A DNA stretch of 64,000 nt from the human T2T-CHM13v2.0 reference genome, Homo sapiens. The notes under the pieces were generated by a model. It saw only the letters and a program-made list of their open reading frames with translations, was not told the DNA's origin and searched no databases. This document shows, in pieces, positions 28,369 to 42,478 of the stretch (the first letter of the stretch is position 1; every line of letters starts with the position of its first letter). The position numbers were made by a program, and so were the translations under genes. The stretch lies in NCBI RefSeq assembly GCF_009914755.1, contig NC_060928.1, one strand, 5' to 3'.

Positions 28369-29247
28369 CTTGAAAAGTTTTCAAGAAGAGAATGTTTTCT
28401 CTTCTGTATGCGATGTGTGTGAATGTGTGTGTGCGCTGAGATCATTTTAAGAAATGGAGTTTTAAAAAATCTTTATGTTCTTAACTGGTAAACACTACCT
28501 ACCTAGGTTCCATTATATCCTGTTTGATTACTGAGCTTTTATTTCTATTAAGTGTCTATGAGAGTTTGTGAGGGTAGCCCAAAGTAACAAGTATTCTACT
28601 TAGCTCACTTAAAGTGGGCTGATTACCACCTAGGGTATAAGTCAAGATTTCTGGCTCTTTTATTTGGACCTATGCTAATAGTTTTGCTTGATATATGAAA
28701 TTAAATGATGGCGGGCACTCTGTAAAACAGAGCAGGGAGATGGGTTTAGTAAAATGTAGTCACTTTAATGAGGGGTTGGGAAGAACTGGATCTGAGCTGA
28801 GAATCCTACTGAGGCAAATGGCAAAGAGAAAAATCTTTTGTTCAATCTGAAACCGTTGGGTTTGTAACACATTTTTTTCCCACATAAATCAGTTTGATAT
28901 CTAATTCACAGACACTGTTGGACAGCACAGCAATTGCAGCCAGGGTAGATGGGAGTGAAAGCTAGTATATCTTCTTGTCTTCGTAGTAACTGTATCTTTT
29001 CTACAAAGGTCAGTAATAACAATTTCATTTGGGGACTGTAATACAGAAGGTTAAAAATCAAATGAAATGTACAAGTGTCATTTTCCTTATTCTTGTTTTT
29101 CCTTAAAGTCTTGGGGAGTAAGTACTATTATAGATTTTGAAAATTATTCGCATGATGTGGGATAATGATGTCCAGCAGATTTAAGTACCCACTGGTAATT
29201 ATTTATCCCGAAGAAAATCATATACAGAATTCTAATACATGAAATAA

Positions 29248-29470
29248 ATATAACAATAACTAAGTTCCATTAAGTGTTTACAATGAGCCAGGCATTGTGC
29301 TAAGTACCTTGTACATATTAACTTGTTTAATCATCAAAACAATTCAATATGGTAAGAACTATTATGATCCCTAACAGACTAGGAATTTGAAGCTTGGAAG
29401 AATTACATAATAACGTAACCAAGGTACCACAAAAATAGTAAGTAGTAGATCTAGATTTATTCTCAAACAA
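29248..29470 (-). mobile_element. MIR SINE
   Basis: gtttacaatgagccaggcattgtgctaagtacctt...tttaatcatcaaaacaa. Confidence 0.8.
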
Positions 29471-29864
29471 CACTACTAATGGACACAGATAAATGTATAC
29501 CTCCTTCAAACGATGGGGGGACTGATGCATAAACTTGGGTGGTTTTGGCTAGGTCCACGTTTTGACCTCACAGTATTTTCTAAGGAAATTCCCAGGACCC
29601 TCTGCTCTAGTGTATTTAAAGAAAGATAAAATCTGAATTTTGCATTCTAACTCTCGGAATACGTGCTGTTTGAAGTTCTCTCATTACTGAACTTCCATTA
29701 AAATCTTTTTAAACGAAGAAAAAAGGCATAAGCAGACCGGAATCATCATTTACCCAGTTACTCAGGTTACATACAACCCTAAAGCCAAATTGGATGCTAT
29801 ACTTGCCCCCACAGTGTCACATGCAACCCGTCAAAAAAGTTCAATATTTTTCTTTCACCAAATA

Positions 29865-31435
29865 CAGGCATATTTTGGAGACATCACACGATGTCTCCAA
29901 ACCAGAACAAATTTTCTGGTTTCTCAGCACATGTAAATGTTATGTTTGCACTATACTGTAGCATAGTAAGTGCAATAGTATGATGCCAAAGAAAAAAATG
30001 TACATAGGGCCATTAGAAATAATTTATTGCTAAAGAATGCCAACAATCATCTGGGCCTTTAGTGAGTCAGGATCTTTTTGCTGATGAAGAGTCTTGCCAG
30101 GATATTGATGACTGCTGACTGATCAGGGTGGTGATTGCTAAAGGTTGAGGTAATGGTGGTAATTTCTTAAAAGAAAACAGTGAAGTTTGTCATACCAATC
30201 ACCTCTTCCTTTCACAAAAGGTTTTCTGTAGCATGCCATGCTATTTGATAGCATTTACCCAGAGTAGAGAAGAACTTCTGTCAAAATTGGAGTCTATCCT
30301 CTCAACCTTGCTGCTGCTTTATCAATTAAGTTGATGGAATATTCTAAATTATTTTTTGTCATTTTAGCAATGTTCCCAGCATCTTCACCAGGAATAGACT
30401 CCACTTCAAGAAACCACTTTTATTGCTCATTCACTAGATTCAATGCTTCATTCATTCAAATTTAATCATGAGATTGCAGGAATCCAGTCACATCTCCAGG
30501 CTCCAATTCTAATTCTTATTCCCTTGCTATTTACAGCACATCTGCCATTACTTCCTCCATTGAACTGTTGAACCCTTCAAAGTCATTCATGAGTGCTGAA
30601 ATTTACTTCTTCTAAACTCCTGCTCATGTTGATATTTTGACATGCTCTCATGAATCATGAATATTCTTAATGGCATGTAGAATGATGAATTTGTTCCAGA
30701 AAGTTTTCAATTTACTCTGCCCAAATATATCAGAAGAATCACCTATTTATGGCAGCTATAGACATGAAATGTATTTCTTAAGGGTGATAAGACTTAAAAG
30801 TTAAAATTACCCCTTGATCTATGGACTACAGACTGGATGTTGTATTAGCGGGCATGAAAACAACATTAATCTCCTTGTACATCTCCATCAGAGCTCTGGG
30901 GTGACCAAGTGTGTTGTCAATAAAGAGTAATATCTTCAAAGTAATCTCATTTTCTGAGCAGTAGTTCTCAACAGTGCACTTAAATATTTAGTAAACCATG
31001 CTGTAAACAGATGTGCTGTCATCCAGGCTTTAATGTCCCACTTACAGAGTGCAGGTAGAATACATTTAGTATAATTCTGAAGGGCCCTAGAATTTTTGAA
31101 ATGGTAAGGAATACTGGCTTCAACTTAAAGTCATCAGCTATATTAACCCTAACAGGATGGTCAGCCGTCCTTCGAAACTTTGAAGCCAGGCATTGACTTT
31201 CTGGTTATGAAAGTCCCAATGGCATCTTCCTTTAATGTAAATGAAAATTTGTTTAATGTAGCCACCATCGTCAATGATCTTAGCTAGATCTTCTGGATAA
31301 CTTGCTGTAGCTTCTACATCAGCACTTGCTACTTCACCTTGCACTTTTATGTTACAGAGATGACTTCTATTATGCACCCTCATGAACCAGCCTCTACTAG
31401 CTTCCAACTTACCTTCTGCAGCTTCCTTACCTCTC
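29865..31435 (-). mobile_element. Tigger1 DNA transposon remnant (3' about 1.6 kb) with decayed pogo-like transposase
   Basis: TA + caggcata terminal repeat. ORF 31138-31407 gives EASRGWFMR...HNIKVQGE-like/[17 protein letters not shown], typical of Tigger1 transposase, then frameshifts. Confidence 0.93.
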
Positions 31436-32508
31436 CAATGCCTGAAGTTTAGATTTCTCTGAACTTCTGTTTTCTACACAGCACATAGACTAGTACCTGA
31501 AGATGTAAAGATTCCTCATAGTAGCTGGTGAATTAATGAATTGATTTTAAAATATAGTGTAACAAACCCTAGTTTATCTTAATAAAAATCCTTTGTAAGA
31601 ATAGAATTATTTCCAATATTTACAAAATATGGTAGTCCATGAGATTATCAAGAAGTAGGCTTAGAAAAAAAGGATTTAATAAATTTCACAAGTGTTTAAG
31701 AAACTTCTTACCAAAATAAGCTTTCTATTTGGCCTGTCACATTGGAATTCAAATGGCATTGAAATACTTCCAGTTCCCTTTAAACTTCAATGTAAAAATT
31801 ACATTTTTAGTGTTTAAAATGAAGTATATCTGATAATGGTCTTCTCCAAATCTAATCTAAATGGTAGATTCCTTAAACTACCTCATGCAGGCCTATTTAA
31901 TTTCCTCTTAAATTGTCAAAATCTATTTTTTAGTTGAACTCATTGTGTAGATCACTTTAACAGCTTTTTTTCTGAAAATATCTAATGATGTTATACCTCT
32001 ATACATACTCCATTAACTTAAAAAAATGAATTTAGAACTCTAAATGTGTGATTTTTATGTGTGAAAAGATTCTTACTTAGGCAAACTATATTCTATTATC
32101 TTTAAAATAGACTGCATTATCAATTCAAATGTATAACTGATCAAATTAGAAGAGAGTGATCAAAAATAGTCATATAGGCAACTCCTAATTAATATTAGAT
32201 TTAACTTTCTCTCTACTTCAGTTATGTAGAAATAGTGGTTTAAAGATAATGCTACATTATCAGAAGTCAAAATAGTTTTTAAAACATGCCTACAGGCATA
32301 TTTTTCAAGTTTCCTTATTGTTCTGAAGACATGGCTGCTCAAATCTGGATCTTCAAATATTTGAATTATCAGAAACTTCAAGATTCTACACCCAGACATC
32401 ACCGTCCTTATAAACAATTTATCACTTTAGAATTGTTGCCAAAGCCTAATAAAAACTCTAATCCTCTCTAGAGAAGGAACCTTGATTTTGTCTTTTTCTT
32501 CTCCAGTG

Positions 32509-32686
32509 CAGTAGTTTTCAGAGTGTGTTCCCTGAATCAGCATCACCTGGCAAAGTGTTAGAAAGCAAATTCTTGGGCACCAGCCCAGACCTACTGAATC
32601 AGAAGTTCTGGGAGTGGCGCCCTACAATTTATGTTTGCGAAGCCCCGCAGGTGTTTCTGATGCAGTATAAAGTTTGAGAAAGACTA
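32509..32686. mobile_element. MER5A MITE
   Basis: cagtagttttcagagtgtg...agcatcacctgg...cccagacctactgaatcagaa...aagtttgagaa. Confidence 0.9.
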
Positions 32687-33221
32687 TACTGGCCTTAGGA
32701 TAATATCTGGCATTCACAGGTTCTTTTATTCATCAACTGAGCAGAATTAAATCAAAATGAGTAAAATAAAGTAAATCAGGTGCCTGATATAAGGAACCAG
32801 AAATTCCTAAAATTTAGTTGCCTGAGGCAGAACTACATAAACACATAATATCTCAATTTTCACTGATTTCCAGTTTACTAATTAAAAAAAAATGAGGTGA
32901 TCCATTTGGGTAAAATTTTTTAAAAAACTCTAACTTCACAAAATGTTTGACAGTCTTTTTACCTTTTATCCATGTCTGTCAAGCTTATTAAATTGAAGAT
33001 AATACTAAACAGAATGTCATGAGTTTAAAATAATGATTTTATTATCCCCCTGTAAAGACATAACCATGTTTTCTTCAATACTCAAAAATGATAGCATTGA
33101 CCCTCAATCAATAGATGTTTCACGTGTGATGAATTTGTTCTACTACATCTAAAGAGTCCCTGTAGCTACTAACAGCACTCAATAGAGGGTCCATTAGGGA
33201 TTCTTCATGGCACCCAACTGA

Positions 33222-33880
33222 TACATTCATTCAAACAACTACTTAGTAAGTGCCCACAAGGTACTTAATTACTGCCAGACATTGAACAGGATACAAGGCA
33301 ATGTAGGGCAATTCTGTTCTCCAGGATTCTATAATGTGGCCTGGAATTAAAAGTAAAGAAAAGGAAAAGGGCCACACATTTTTCTCATACCATCATGTGC
33401 CAGGCACTGAATAGAGCAGGAGAAATAAACTATATCAGTAAATCCATGTTACCACTCAGGGAAGTTGGCTTCATTCCCAGATTACAAATAAGGAAACAAT
33501 AGTTTGAGAGATGCTGAGAACTTGTTCAAACTCATCAGGTAAGAAACAAGGGAGGTAAAATTTAAAATCAAAACTGATTTTTAAGTGTCCACTGTACCTT
33601 ACACTATATCAGTTCTTATATAAAAAATCAGCAGCAAGTCTTAGAGGAATACAATAAATGCCTAAATGAATGATGCACATTATTTGCTGTAGGGCGATTA
33701 GAAAAGGAGCAGTAACTGTGGATGAGGAAGTGAAGCCTTCCCAGTAAAAGTTCAACACAGATCTTCATTGAAAGAAAATGGTTTGTAGCTTGGATAAAGG
33801 AAAGAAGTAAATGTATTCCAGATGGGAAAAACTGTTAAACAGAAATGTGTAGTCAGGAACAAGAAAGGCAGGTTCCAGTA
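33222..33880 (-). mobile_element. L2 3' end with nested MIR fragment (about 33370-33600)
   Basis: cattcattcaaacaactacttagtaagtgcc (L2 end) and tgtgccaggcactg...cccagattacaaataaggaaac (MIR). Confidence 0.6.
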
Positions 33881-34282
33881 GAGTGGCAAAAATCAGCTCA
33901 GCACATTTAGTTGCCAAATAAATGATGTAGAATGGCTTTGCTTGGCTCTAGCTATGCATGAAGGCACACATTTTAACAACGAAAGGGGAGTGGTGAACAG
34001 TGCCACTTAGCTTTACTTAAGTGGTGTATTTACTGCCTGTGTCCGTGTACATTCAGTCAAGGTTTTGAAGTGCCTGCTTCTTTTGGCTCTAATTTTGTAT
34101 ATGCATTATCTTTCTTCATGTAAGTGATCATTCTGCTCCTCTCCTCTGCAACCAACAGGATTAGTTCACTTTAGCCATATTATTTCTCAAAAAAAAAAAA
34201 AAAAAAAAAAACTCACAGGTACTCTTTCATATATTTCTCAAGTCCCTACAGCTGAACAAGTTCTTAAAAATATCAGGTCTCT

Positions 34283-34590
34283 GGCCGGGTGCAGTGGCTC
34301 ACGCCTGTAATCCCAGCACTTTGGGAGTCCAAGGTGGGCGGATCAAGAGGTCAGGAGTTCGAGACCAGCCTGGCCAACACAGTGAAACCCCATCTCTACA
34401 AAAAATACAAAAATTAGCTGGGCGTGGTGGCGTGTGCCTGTAATCGCAGATACTCAGGAGGCTGAGACAGGAGAATCACTTGAACCCTAGAGGCAGAAGT
34501 TGTGGTCAGCCAAGATTGCACCTCTGCACTCCAGCCTGGGCAACAGAGCAAGACTCTGTCTGAAAAAAAACACAAAAAACAAAATAACAA
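34283..34590 (+). mobile_element. AluS (Sg-like) SINE
   Basis: Starts GGCCGGGTGCAGTGGCTC, two arms, A-rich tail. Confidence 0.96.
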
Positions 34591-35437
34591 TATCCACTCT
34601 CCCAGGTACTTATTTGTAGTTACTATAATGTGCCTGAAAGACACAAGTTCTACCATGAGTAATTCAGTATTCATTCAACTTGAATAACTACAGGGTTAGG
34701 AGAGTCATTTTGAAAATGGTTAGGATTATTAGTTAGTGTTAAGAAAATATTTTTAGATAGTTATGGTAGGTAAAGTATGTCTGAAGAAAAGATGTATTTG
34801 ATTGACTTATCCTTTAACTTCAGTGAATTTTTATATCTCTGTATTTATTTTGAATCAAAATCCCCAGGTACAGGTAGGAGAATTTAAGACAAAATTTCAA
34901 TAGCACCTCTGTTTTCCTGTCTTGTTACAGTCCTCTATGTGGTAAGAAATGTTTTTGTCATTTGCTTTCTGTGAATTTCAAAGTGATGTCCTGTGATAAA
35001 ATAGTGGTTCCCCTAAGATCTTTTATTTACCCTGGGAATGTCATTGATCCAAAAGAAGATAATAAAATCAGCAATAAAATAGTAAACATTCTGTATGGGA
35101 TATCACAGTTTTAATTGACTACAGACACTCAAATCAATTTTTCAATCTGCATACACATGACAAGGTCAGCAACATGGGAAGCTGATGTTGCTTTCCTTTA
35201 TAAGAGATATATTTAAGATTTGTAATATAAACATGAAGTATGGTACTTTGTATATCTCTTTATATATCTCTTAAAAAATGGACTTTAAAACTGTAGATAT
35301 TAATGACACTTCAATGTAATTTTTAAACAAATTTTAACAAAAATTACTTAGAAAATATTTTGCTTAGTTTTCTTACAGGTTTTTTAAAAATAGTATATTT
35401 GATGATAATGTGATTAAAGAATACACACCAATTTTTT

Positions 35438-36122
35438 TATATTATACTTTAACTTCTAGGGTATATGTGCACTACGTGCAGGTTTGTTACATATGTATAC
35501 ATGTGCCGTGTTGGTTTGCTGCACCCATTAACTTGTCATTTACATTAGGCATTTATTCTAATGCTATCCCTCCCCCTGACCCCCACCCCATGACAGGCCC
35601 CAGTGTGTGATGTTTCCCGCCCTGTGTCCAAGTGTTCTCATTGTTGAATTCCCACCTATGAGTGAGAACATGCGGTGTTTGGTTTTCTGTTCTTGTGATA
35701 GTTTGCTGAGAATGATGGTTTCCATCTTCATCCATGTCCCTGAAAAGGACATGAACTCATCCTTTCTTTTATGGCTGCATAGTATTCCATGGTGTATATG
35801 TGCCACATTTTCTTAATCCAGTCTATCAATGATGGACATTTGGGTTGGTTCCAAGTCTTTGCTATTGTGAATAGTGCCGCAATAAACATACGCATGCGTC
35901 TTTATAGTAGCATGATTTATATACTTGGGTATATACCCAGTAGTGGGATGGCTGGGTCAAATGGTATTTCTAGTTCTAGATCCTTGAGGAATTGCCACAC
36001 TGTCTTCCACAATGGTTGAACTAGTTTATACTCCCACCAATAGTGTAAAAGCGTTCCTATTTCTCCACATCCTCTCCAGCATCTGTTGTTTCCTGACTTT
36101 TTAATGATCGCCATTCTAACTG
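35438..36122 (-). mobile_element. 5'-truncated L1PA (about PA5-7), ORF2 C-terminus plus 3' UTR
   Basis: ORF2p remnants (LELEIPFDPAIPLLGIYP; ETIILSKLSQEQKTKHRMFSLIGGN). 14-bp TSD cacaccaatttttt at 35424-35437 and 36123-36136. Confidence 0.97.
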
Positions 36123-36956
36123 CACACCAATTTTTTAAATAAAATTTATTTTTATCAAAATTTCCTGTGTACTCAGAAAAAAAGTGCCGTACATATAAAA
36201 CTAATAATGTAATATAGGAATTGCTTCTCTACATCTCCCTACATGCTCTTCCCACTCTAGCGAAGCAACCTTCAATTTTTGTTTTGTTTTGTTTTAGCTA
36301 CTTTTGGTATTTTTCAAATATTTTAAATAAAATTTTCACACTGTTTTTTCTTGATTTCCTAGATACTGATATCTATTGATATACTAAGTTGCAAGATGAG
36401 AATTTAGGTTGCATATGTCATCTCTCACATGAAGTTACCCTTACCCCCCTTCTAATATAGTTTTAACACATTTATAACTAAATTCATATTCAGTATTATC
36501 ATTTATATGACTGTCTTTGTTTGGGTTGCTATAATAAAAATACCATAGACTGGGTAATTTATAAACAACGTAAGTTTATTGCTCACAGTTATGGAGGCTA
36601 AGAAGTCCAAAGTCAAGGCACCAACAGATTGGGTGTCTGGTGAGGGCTCCCTCTCTGCTTTAAAGATAGCACCTTCTCACTGTGTCCTCACATGGTGCAA
36701 GGGCAAAAGGTGATAATCAGCTTCCTCACACCTCTTTTATAAGGGACTAATCCCTTTCACAAGGGCTCTGTTCTCATGACCTAATCACCTCCCAAAAGCC
36801 CCACCTTCTCATATGGTCACTTTGATGAGTAGGTTTTCATGTAAGAATTTTGAGGGAACACATTCAAGCCACAGTATTCTACTCCTGGCCCTCCAGGATT
36901 TATGTCCTTCTCACATGTAAAATATATTTATTCCAGACGAATAGCTCCAAAGTCTT

Positions 36957-37258
36957 TTTTTTTCTTTTCTTTTTTGAGATGGAGTCTCATTCTTTTGCCC
37001 TGGCTGGAGTGCAGTGGTGTGATCTCGGCTCTTAGCAACCTCTACCTCCACGGTTCAAGCATTCTCTTGCCTCAGCCTCCCAAGTAGCTGGGATTATAAG
37101 CATGTGCCACCACACCCAACTAATTTTTGTGTTTTTAGTAGAGACAGGGTTTCATCACGTTGGCCAGGCTGGTCTCGACTCCTGACCTTGTCAAGTGATT
37201 TACTTGCCTTGGCCTCCCAATGTGTTAGCATTATAAACGTGAACCACCGCACCTAGCA
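36957..37258 (-). mobile_element. AluS SINE nested in MST-int
   Basis: Antisense Alu. TSD ccaaagtctt at 36947-36956 and 37260-37269. Confidence 0.95.
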
Positions 37259-37642
37259 CCCAAAGTCTTAACTTGTTCCAGCATTAACTGAAAAGTCTGA
37301 AGTGCAGAATCTCATCTAAATATCATCTAAATCAGATATGGGTGTGACTCAAGATGGGAATTATCCTGAGGCAAATTTGCCTCTAGCTGTGAGCCTGTGA
37401 AATAAAACAACTTATGTGCTTCCAACATACAATGATTGGACAGACATAGAAAACACATTTCCATTCCAAAAAGAAGAAATAGAAAGGAAAAAAAGTGGTA
37501 ACTTGTCCCAAGTCCAAAATGTAATGTTGCAAACAACATTAAATCTCAAGGCTGGAGAATAATTCTTGAGTAGATATCCTGCCTTTCAGGCACACTGGGT
37601 CAAGCATCGGGCCCCCAAGTTTCCAGGAAGCCCTGCCCACAT

Positions 37643-37753
37643 GGGTTTGCAGAATACAACCAGTATTGCAGCTCTCACAGGGTTTGCGGAATGCAACCAG
37701 TATTGCAGCTCTCACAGGGTTTGCGGAATGCAACCAGTATTGCAGCTCTCACA
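37643..37753. repeat. 37-bp tandem repeat, 3 copies
   Basis: Unit gggtttgcggaatgcaaccagtattgcagctctcaca. Copies 2 and 3 are identical; copy 1 differs at two positions. Confidence 0.97.
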
Positions 37754-39429
37754 GGTTAGACTTGCATGCTGAAGGCTGTACTATTCTGGAATCTCAAGGG
37801 TGACCTCACCCCCAGAGCTTCACCAGACATTGCCCTAATGGGATCCCTCTGTGGTGGCCCCACTCCTGTGGCTGTTCACTGCCTAGGTCCTCAGACTCTC
37901 TGGAGCTTCATTTGAAATCTAGAGTCATCCGTGCCTCCACAGCTCATAAATTCTGTGCATCTACACCTGTGGAGATGGCACTGTGCAGATGCCATCATTG
38001 TTTACCATCTGTACCTTGCAGAGAGGCAGCCCAAGCTGTACCTGGGCCCACATGAGCAACAGTAAGACAGGGCAAGGAGTGCTGTTCCAGAATGGGGAGA
38101 GCAGAGACTTAAAATTTTTCTGTTCCCAAGGTCCTGGATTTCTAAGCTTATGATGGGAGTGGCCAGCCCGATGATCTCTGAGATGCATTTGTGGAGTTCT
38201 TCTGTCCATTGGCTTGATGAATAAGAGCCCCTGGCTTCCACCAATCCATAGTAACCTTATCAAATACAAACAGTGGAATGGTCACATCCTTGGTGTTCTC
38301 TATTTTTCATTTGCAACATTGCCAGGCTGAGAATTTTCCAGATCTTTTTCTGCTTCCATTTTGATTATAATTTTTTCTTTAATTTGTTTCTCTCTTCTTA
38401 CATTTTACTATAAGCAATTTAGAGAAGCCATGCTACATCCTCAGTACTTCCACCAAATATCCTATTTCAGTGCTTGTAAGTTTCACCTTCCACGAAACCC
38501 TGGGACACGATTCAGTCAAGTTCCTTGTCACTTAATAACAAGAATCACCTTTCCTCAAGTTTCCAATGACATGTTTCTCATTTCTATCTGAGACCTCATC
38601 AGAATGACCTTTATCATACACATTTCAATCAATATTCTGATCACAACCATTTAGGTAATCTCTAAAAAGATTGAGGCCTTCCCTACAGTTCTCTTCTTCA
38701 GAGCCCTCAAAATAACCCCATTTTATGGTAAATTCATAGCTTTTTCTAGCACGTACCTTCAGATTCTCCCAGGTTCTGCCCATTACCCAGTTCCAAATCT
38801 GCTCCACATTTTAAGTTATTTGTTATAGCAGCACCCCAGTTTTGGGTACCAAATTCTGTGTTTGTCAGTTTGGGCTGCTGTAACAAGATACTTTAGAATG
38901 GGTAATTTATAAACAATGTAAATTTATTGCTCACAATTATGGAGACTGAGAAGTTCAAGATCAAGGTGCCAACAGATTCCGTGTCTGATGAGGACTCCCT
39001 TTCTACTTTAAATTGGTGCCTTCTTACTGCATCCTCACATGGTAGAAGGGCAAAATTTGATAACCAGATCCCTCACATTTGTTTATAAGTTCACTAATCC
39101 TACTCATGACGGTTATGCTCACATGACCTAATCACTTCCCAAAGGGCCCATCTTCTAATACCAGCACCTTCATGACTAGGTTTCAACACAGGAATTTTGG
39201 AGGGATACAAACATTCAGATCATAGCAATAGCCATCTAAACATTTTTTTCTAGTTTCAGGGAGGATCTGACTGATAATTCAATGTGTACTTTCATTCAAT
39301 CATATTAATTTTTTGTTCAGCACCATACCGAAGTATCCACATATCCATTGATTCCAAATTGCTTTACCACCTGTACTTTGCAGAGGGAATATGGAACTAA
39401 GGAATATACAGATAGTTTTGTGTGGTACT

Positions 39430-39453
39430 AAACAACAACACCACCACACCACA

Positions 39454-39490
<37 letters not shown>
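39430..39490. repeat. Compound (CAA)/(CAC)/(CA)n microsatellite
   Basis: Directly visible. Confidence 0.95.
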
Positions 39491-39492
<2 letters not shown>

Positions 39493-42134
39493 TCTCATCT
39501 TTAAAAAAAAAACAAACTTCAGAGTAAGATTTTTTTGTTTCTGCTCCAAAAGTGTGTATAAAAAACCTGCAATAGATCAAAGTCCTTACCTCTTCATCTA
39601 GTGGTAACTTTTTCCCTTTGAACTCTGAGAATGACACCAGTATTGGTGGTTTTAATTTCTGTTGCCCTCTTTGGATGAGCATATTTACAACTACTGAAGT
39701 TCAAACTTGTCACATTGACTTTGCATTTATTTTTTATATTATCTTTTAAATTGGCATAGTTTAGAATGCCTAATGGTTTCATTCTTTATATTTATGTCAT
39801 AATTTGTTACCTAAATTAAAATAAAATGTTTCAAGAAAGGGAACTAACACTTTTGTTTTTTATTAAAATAAAAAGAAACAACAAACTGTATTGTCTTTAT
39901 ATAGACTTCTTGTTTATAACCTTGATATTTCTAGAACTTAATATAGATTTCTATATTTTATTAAACTACATCTCAAAAGCCACTATTGATTTCTATAAAT
40001 TGACATAGCCATTGACTTAATAAAGAGGACTTAATTCAGCTCTGCAGGAAAATCTTATTCTTTATCCAAGATTTGCTGTCTTTTCAACTTCATTCAGAAA
40101 TTTGGCAGATTGGATAACCCTTGACATTTTGGTGAACCACCTGACAATTTCAATTATAGTTTGAATTTCAAACAGCAAATATTTGAGGTGTTTCAGATTC
40201 CAAATCATATCCAACTCTCAACCCTAAAAATGTCCTTTTCTTGGCTCTCAATAACATTTTTTCCATTTGAAATGTTTCCTTTTTAAGTTTCTTAGTCATA
40301 TTCAAAGCTAAAGATAAGGATTTTTGAACAGTGTCAACTTTTATTAGGACAGAGAGAAAATACACAATTTAGCAATATGACCTACGCTATTTCCTAGCTT
40401 TAGAGCTAGATCATCCTTTAACTAATTATTTTTCTTTTGTGTTACTGTTTTAATCATAATTCATATTGGATGTTTTGGGTCTTTGACATAATTCTTTTCA
40501 TTAGATTTGCAGATACCTTTATTCATAAAGCAAGTTTAAGTAAAAGAAAGTTAAGGTATAATTTTCAATATAATATAAATATGATTTAGAATTTTTGAAA
40601 ATTATTTGTGATTTCTATGGCTTACAGTAGATAATCTACAAAATAATTTGAAGAATATTTAGAAATTAATCTTAATTTATCTCAGAAATTTTATTAGTTC
40701 TGAGAATGATCTGGCATAATTGCAAGTATTAAAAATTTCAGATAAAGTTGATTATGCATTTTTAATAGTGTACATGCAAAATAAAATTTAATAAAATTAG
40801 AAGGATGAAGAAGCACGTGTTTTATTTTTAATGGAGATTTTTATTCATTTTTAGCACAAAAAATAGCAAAACTCTAGATAGTCTTTGCAATAATGTACTG
40901 GTAGTATGTATGATGAAAAACCATACCTGGAAAGAATGTAACCATGTTAAAGGATCAGTTGGTAAGAAATGTTGCTTTCCTGCTTCTTACTACTCTGTAT
41001 ATCAGAATCTGAACTGCCATAGCAAGCTGTCTTCCTCTTTGCTCACATACCTAACTTCTAAAATGTTGAGAGAGATTCTTTATGGCCCTTATAAATAGAA
41101 ACATTAATTTGTTGAACGTAATTGAACCCACAAAATGATTTTTAAATTATATGTAATTTTAATTTGCAACACTTATACAAATATAATTTTAACAAATTTA
41201 CTCTAAATATATTTTATACAAATTATAAATTGTGCACAGAGCCATTATTACATATCTTTATTTCTTTATCACTAAGTGTTGTTTTAAAAAAAATCTTACC
41301 TTTGGAATAATACTGAAAATAGCAATAAACATTTATTTTTCTTTTTGTCACATCAAGATTTGTCTAATTCTCTCCCATGTGTCCCAAATTGCTTTTATCC
41401 AAGCCCAATCTGCCCTGCCATATCAATTATTATTGTCAAGTAATATGTAACTATCTTCATAACAGTATCAATCTCTGCTTTTAATTTACTCAAAATTCAT
41501 TTCAAGCATATTTTATTTATCAAAAACATTTCAAGAAAATTTTATCTCTGCAATATGTTCTGGAAAATGCCAACCATAAATTGCTTGCTCATTATACCCA
41601 TAATATCTTCTATCTATTTCTATATGACCATTCATTGTTCTTTTTACACCTTCACAATATCTCTTTCTAACAACAATATTCTGCCCTTTATATTCTACAT
41701 TTGAAGACTTGATGGTGATTGGATAATGTTCCATTTTATTTTCACTGGGGCTTATGTCTTATGTCCCCTTACAGACATAACCATGATTCTAGAAGACAGG
41801 AACAGTAATTTACCTAGAGAGGAACTGAATCCATAACCTTACTAACACTTTGCTTTTTTAACAAAATGGGGCAACCAGCAACTGAAATCATTCCATTTAA
41901 AATAATTTCACACCTCACCGAAAGAACTTGAAAAATGAAGCCTTACAATAGGCCAATATTCTATTTTTAGGAAAATAGATAGCCTTCTCTAACAAATACA
42001 TTTTTCTCTTAAATCCTTACATTAGAAACTTGAATGATAAACACTTCAGTGAATAGTTTACAACTTATAGTGTAAGATACAAGATTTTATTCCTAAAAGC
42101 AAAGGATGGGTAGGTCTTAAGAAAGGAGATTTCA

Positions 42135-42478
<344 letters not shown>

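Larger units (their letters stand above)
36512..39227 (-). mobile_element. Two-LTR MST (MSTC/MSTD-like) MaLR element with internal region
   Basis: Homologous LTRs at 36512-36876 and 38857-39227 (gggtaatttataaacaa...tttattgctcaca...tcaaggcaccaacagatt) flank MST-int-like sequence. Confidence 0.9.

Noticed and set aside
31138-31407. Tigger transposase ORF as a domesticated TIGD-like gene
   Set aside because: Short, frameshifted, 5'-truncated fragment within a decayed Tigger1 copy.
34181-34241. A23 run flanked by a repeated tatttctcaa, as a mini retro-insertion
   Set aside because: The poly(A) follows the left repeat directly rather than preceding the right one, which does not fit TPRT geometry. 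It is more relevant as an oligo-dT mispriming site.
37643-37753. 37-bp repeats as a CRISPR-like array
   Set aside because: The units are head-to-tail with no spacers, there are no cas genes, and the context is a primate intron.
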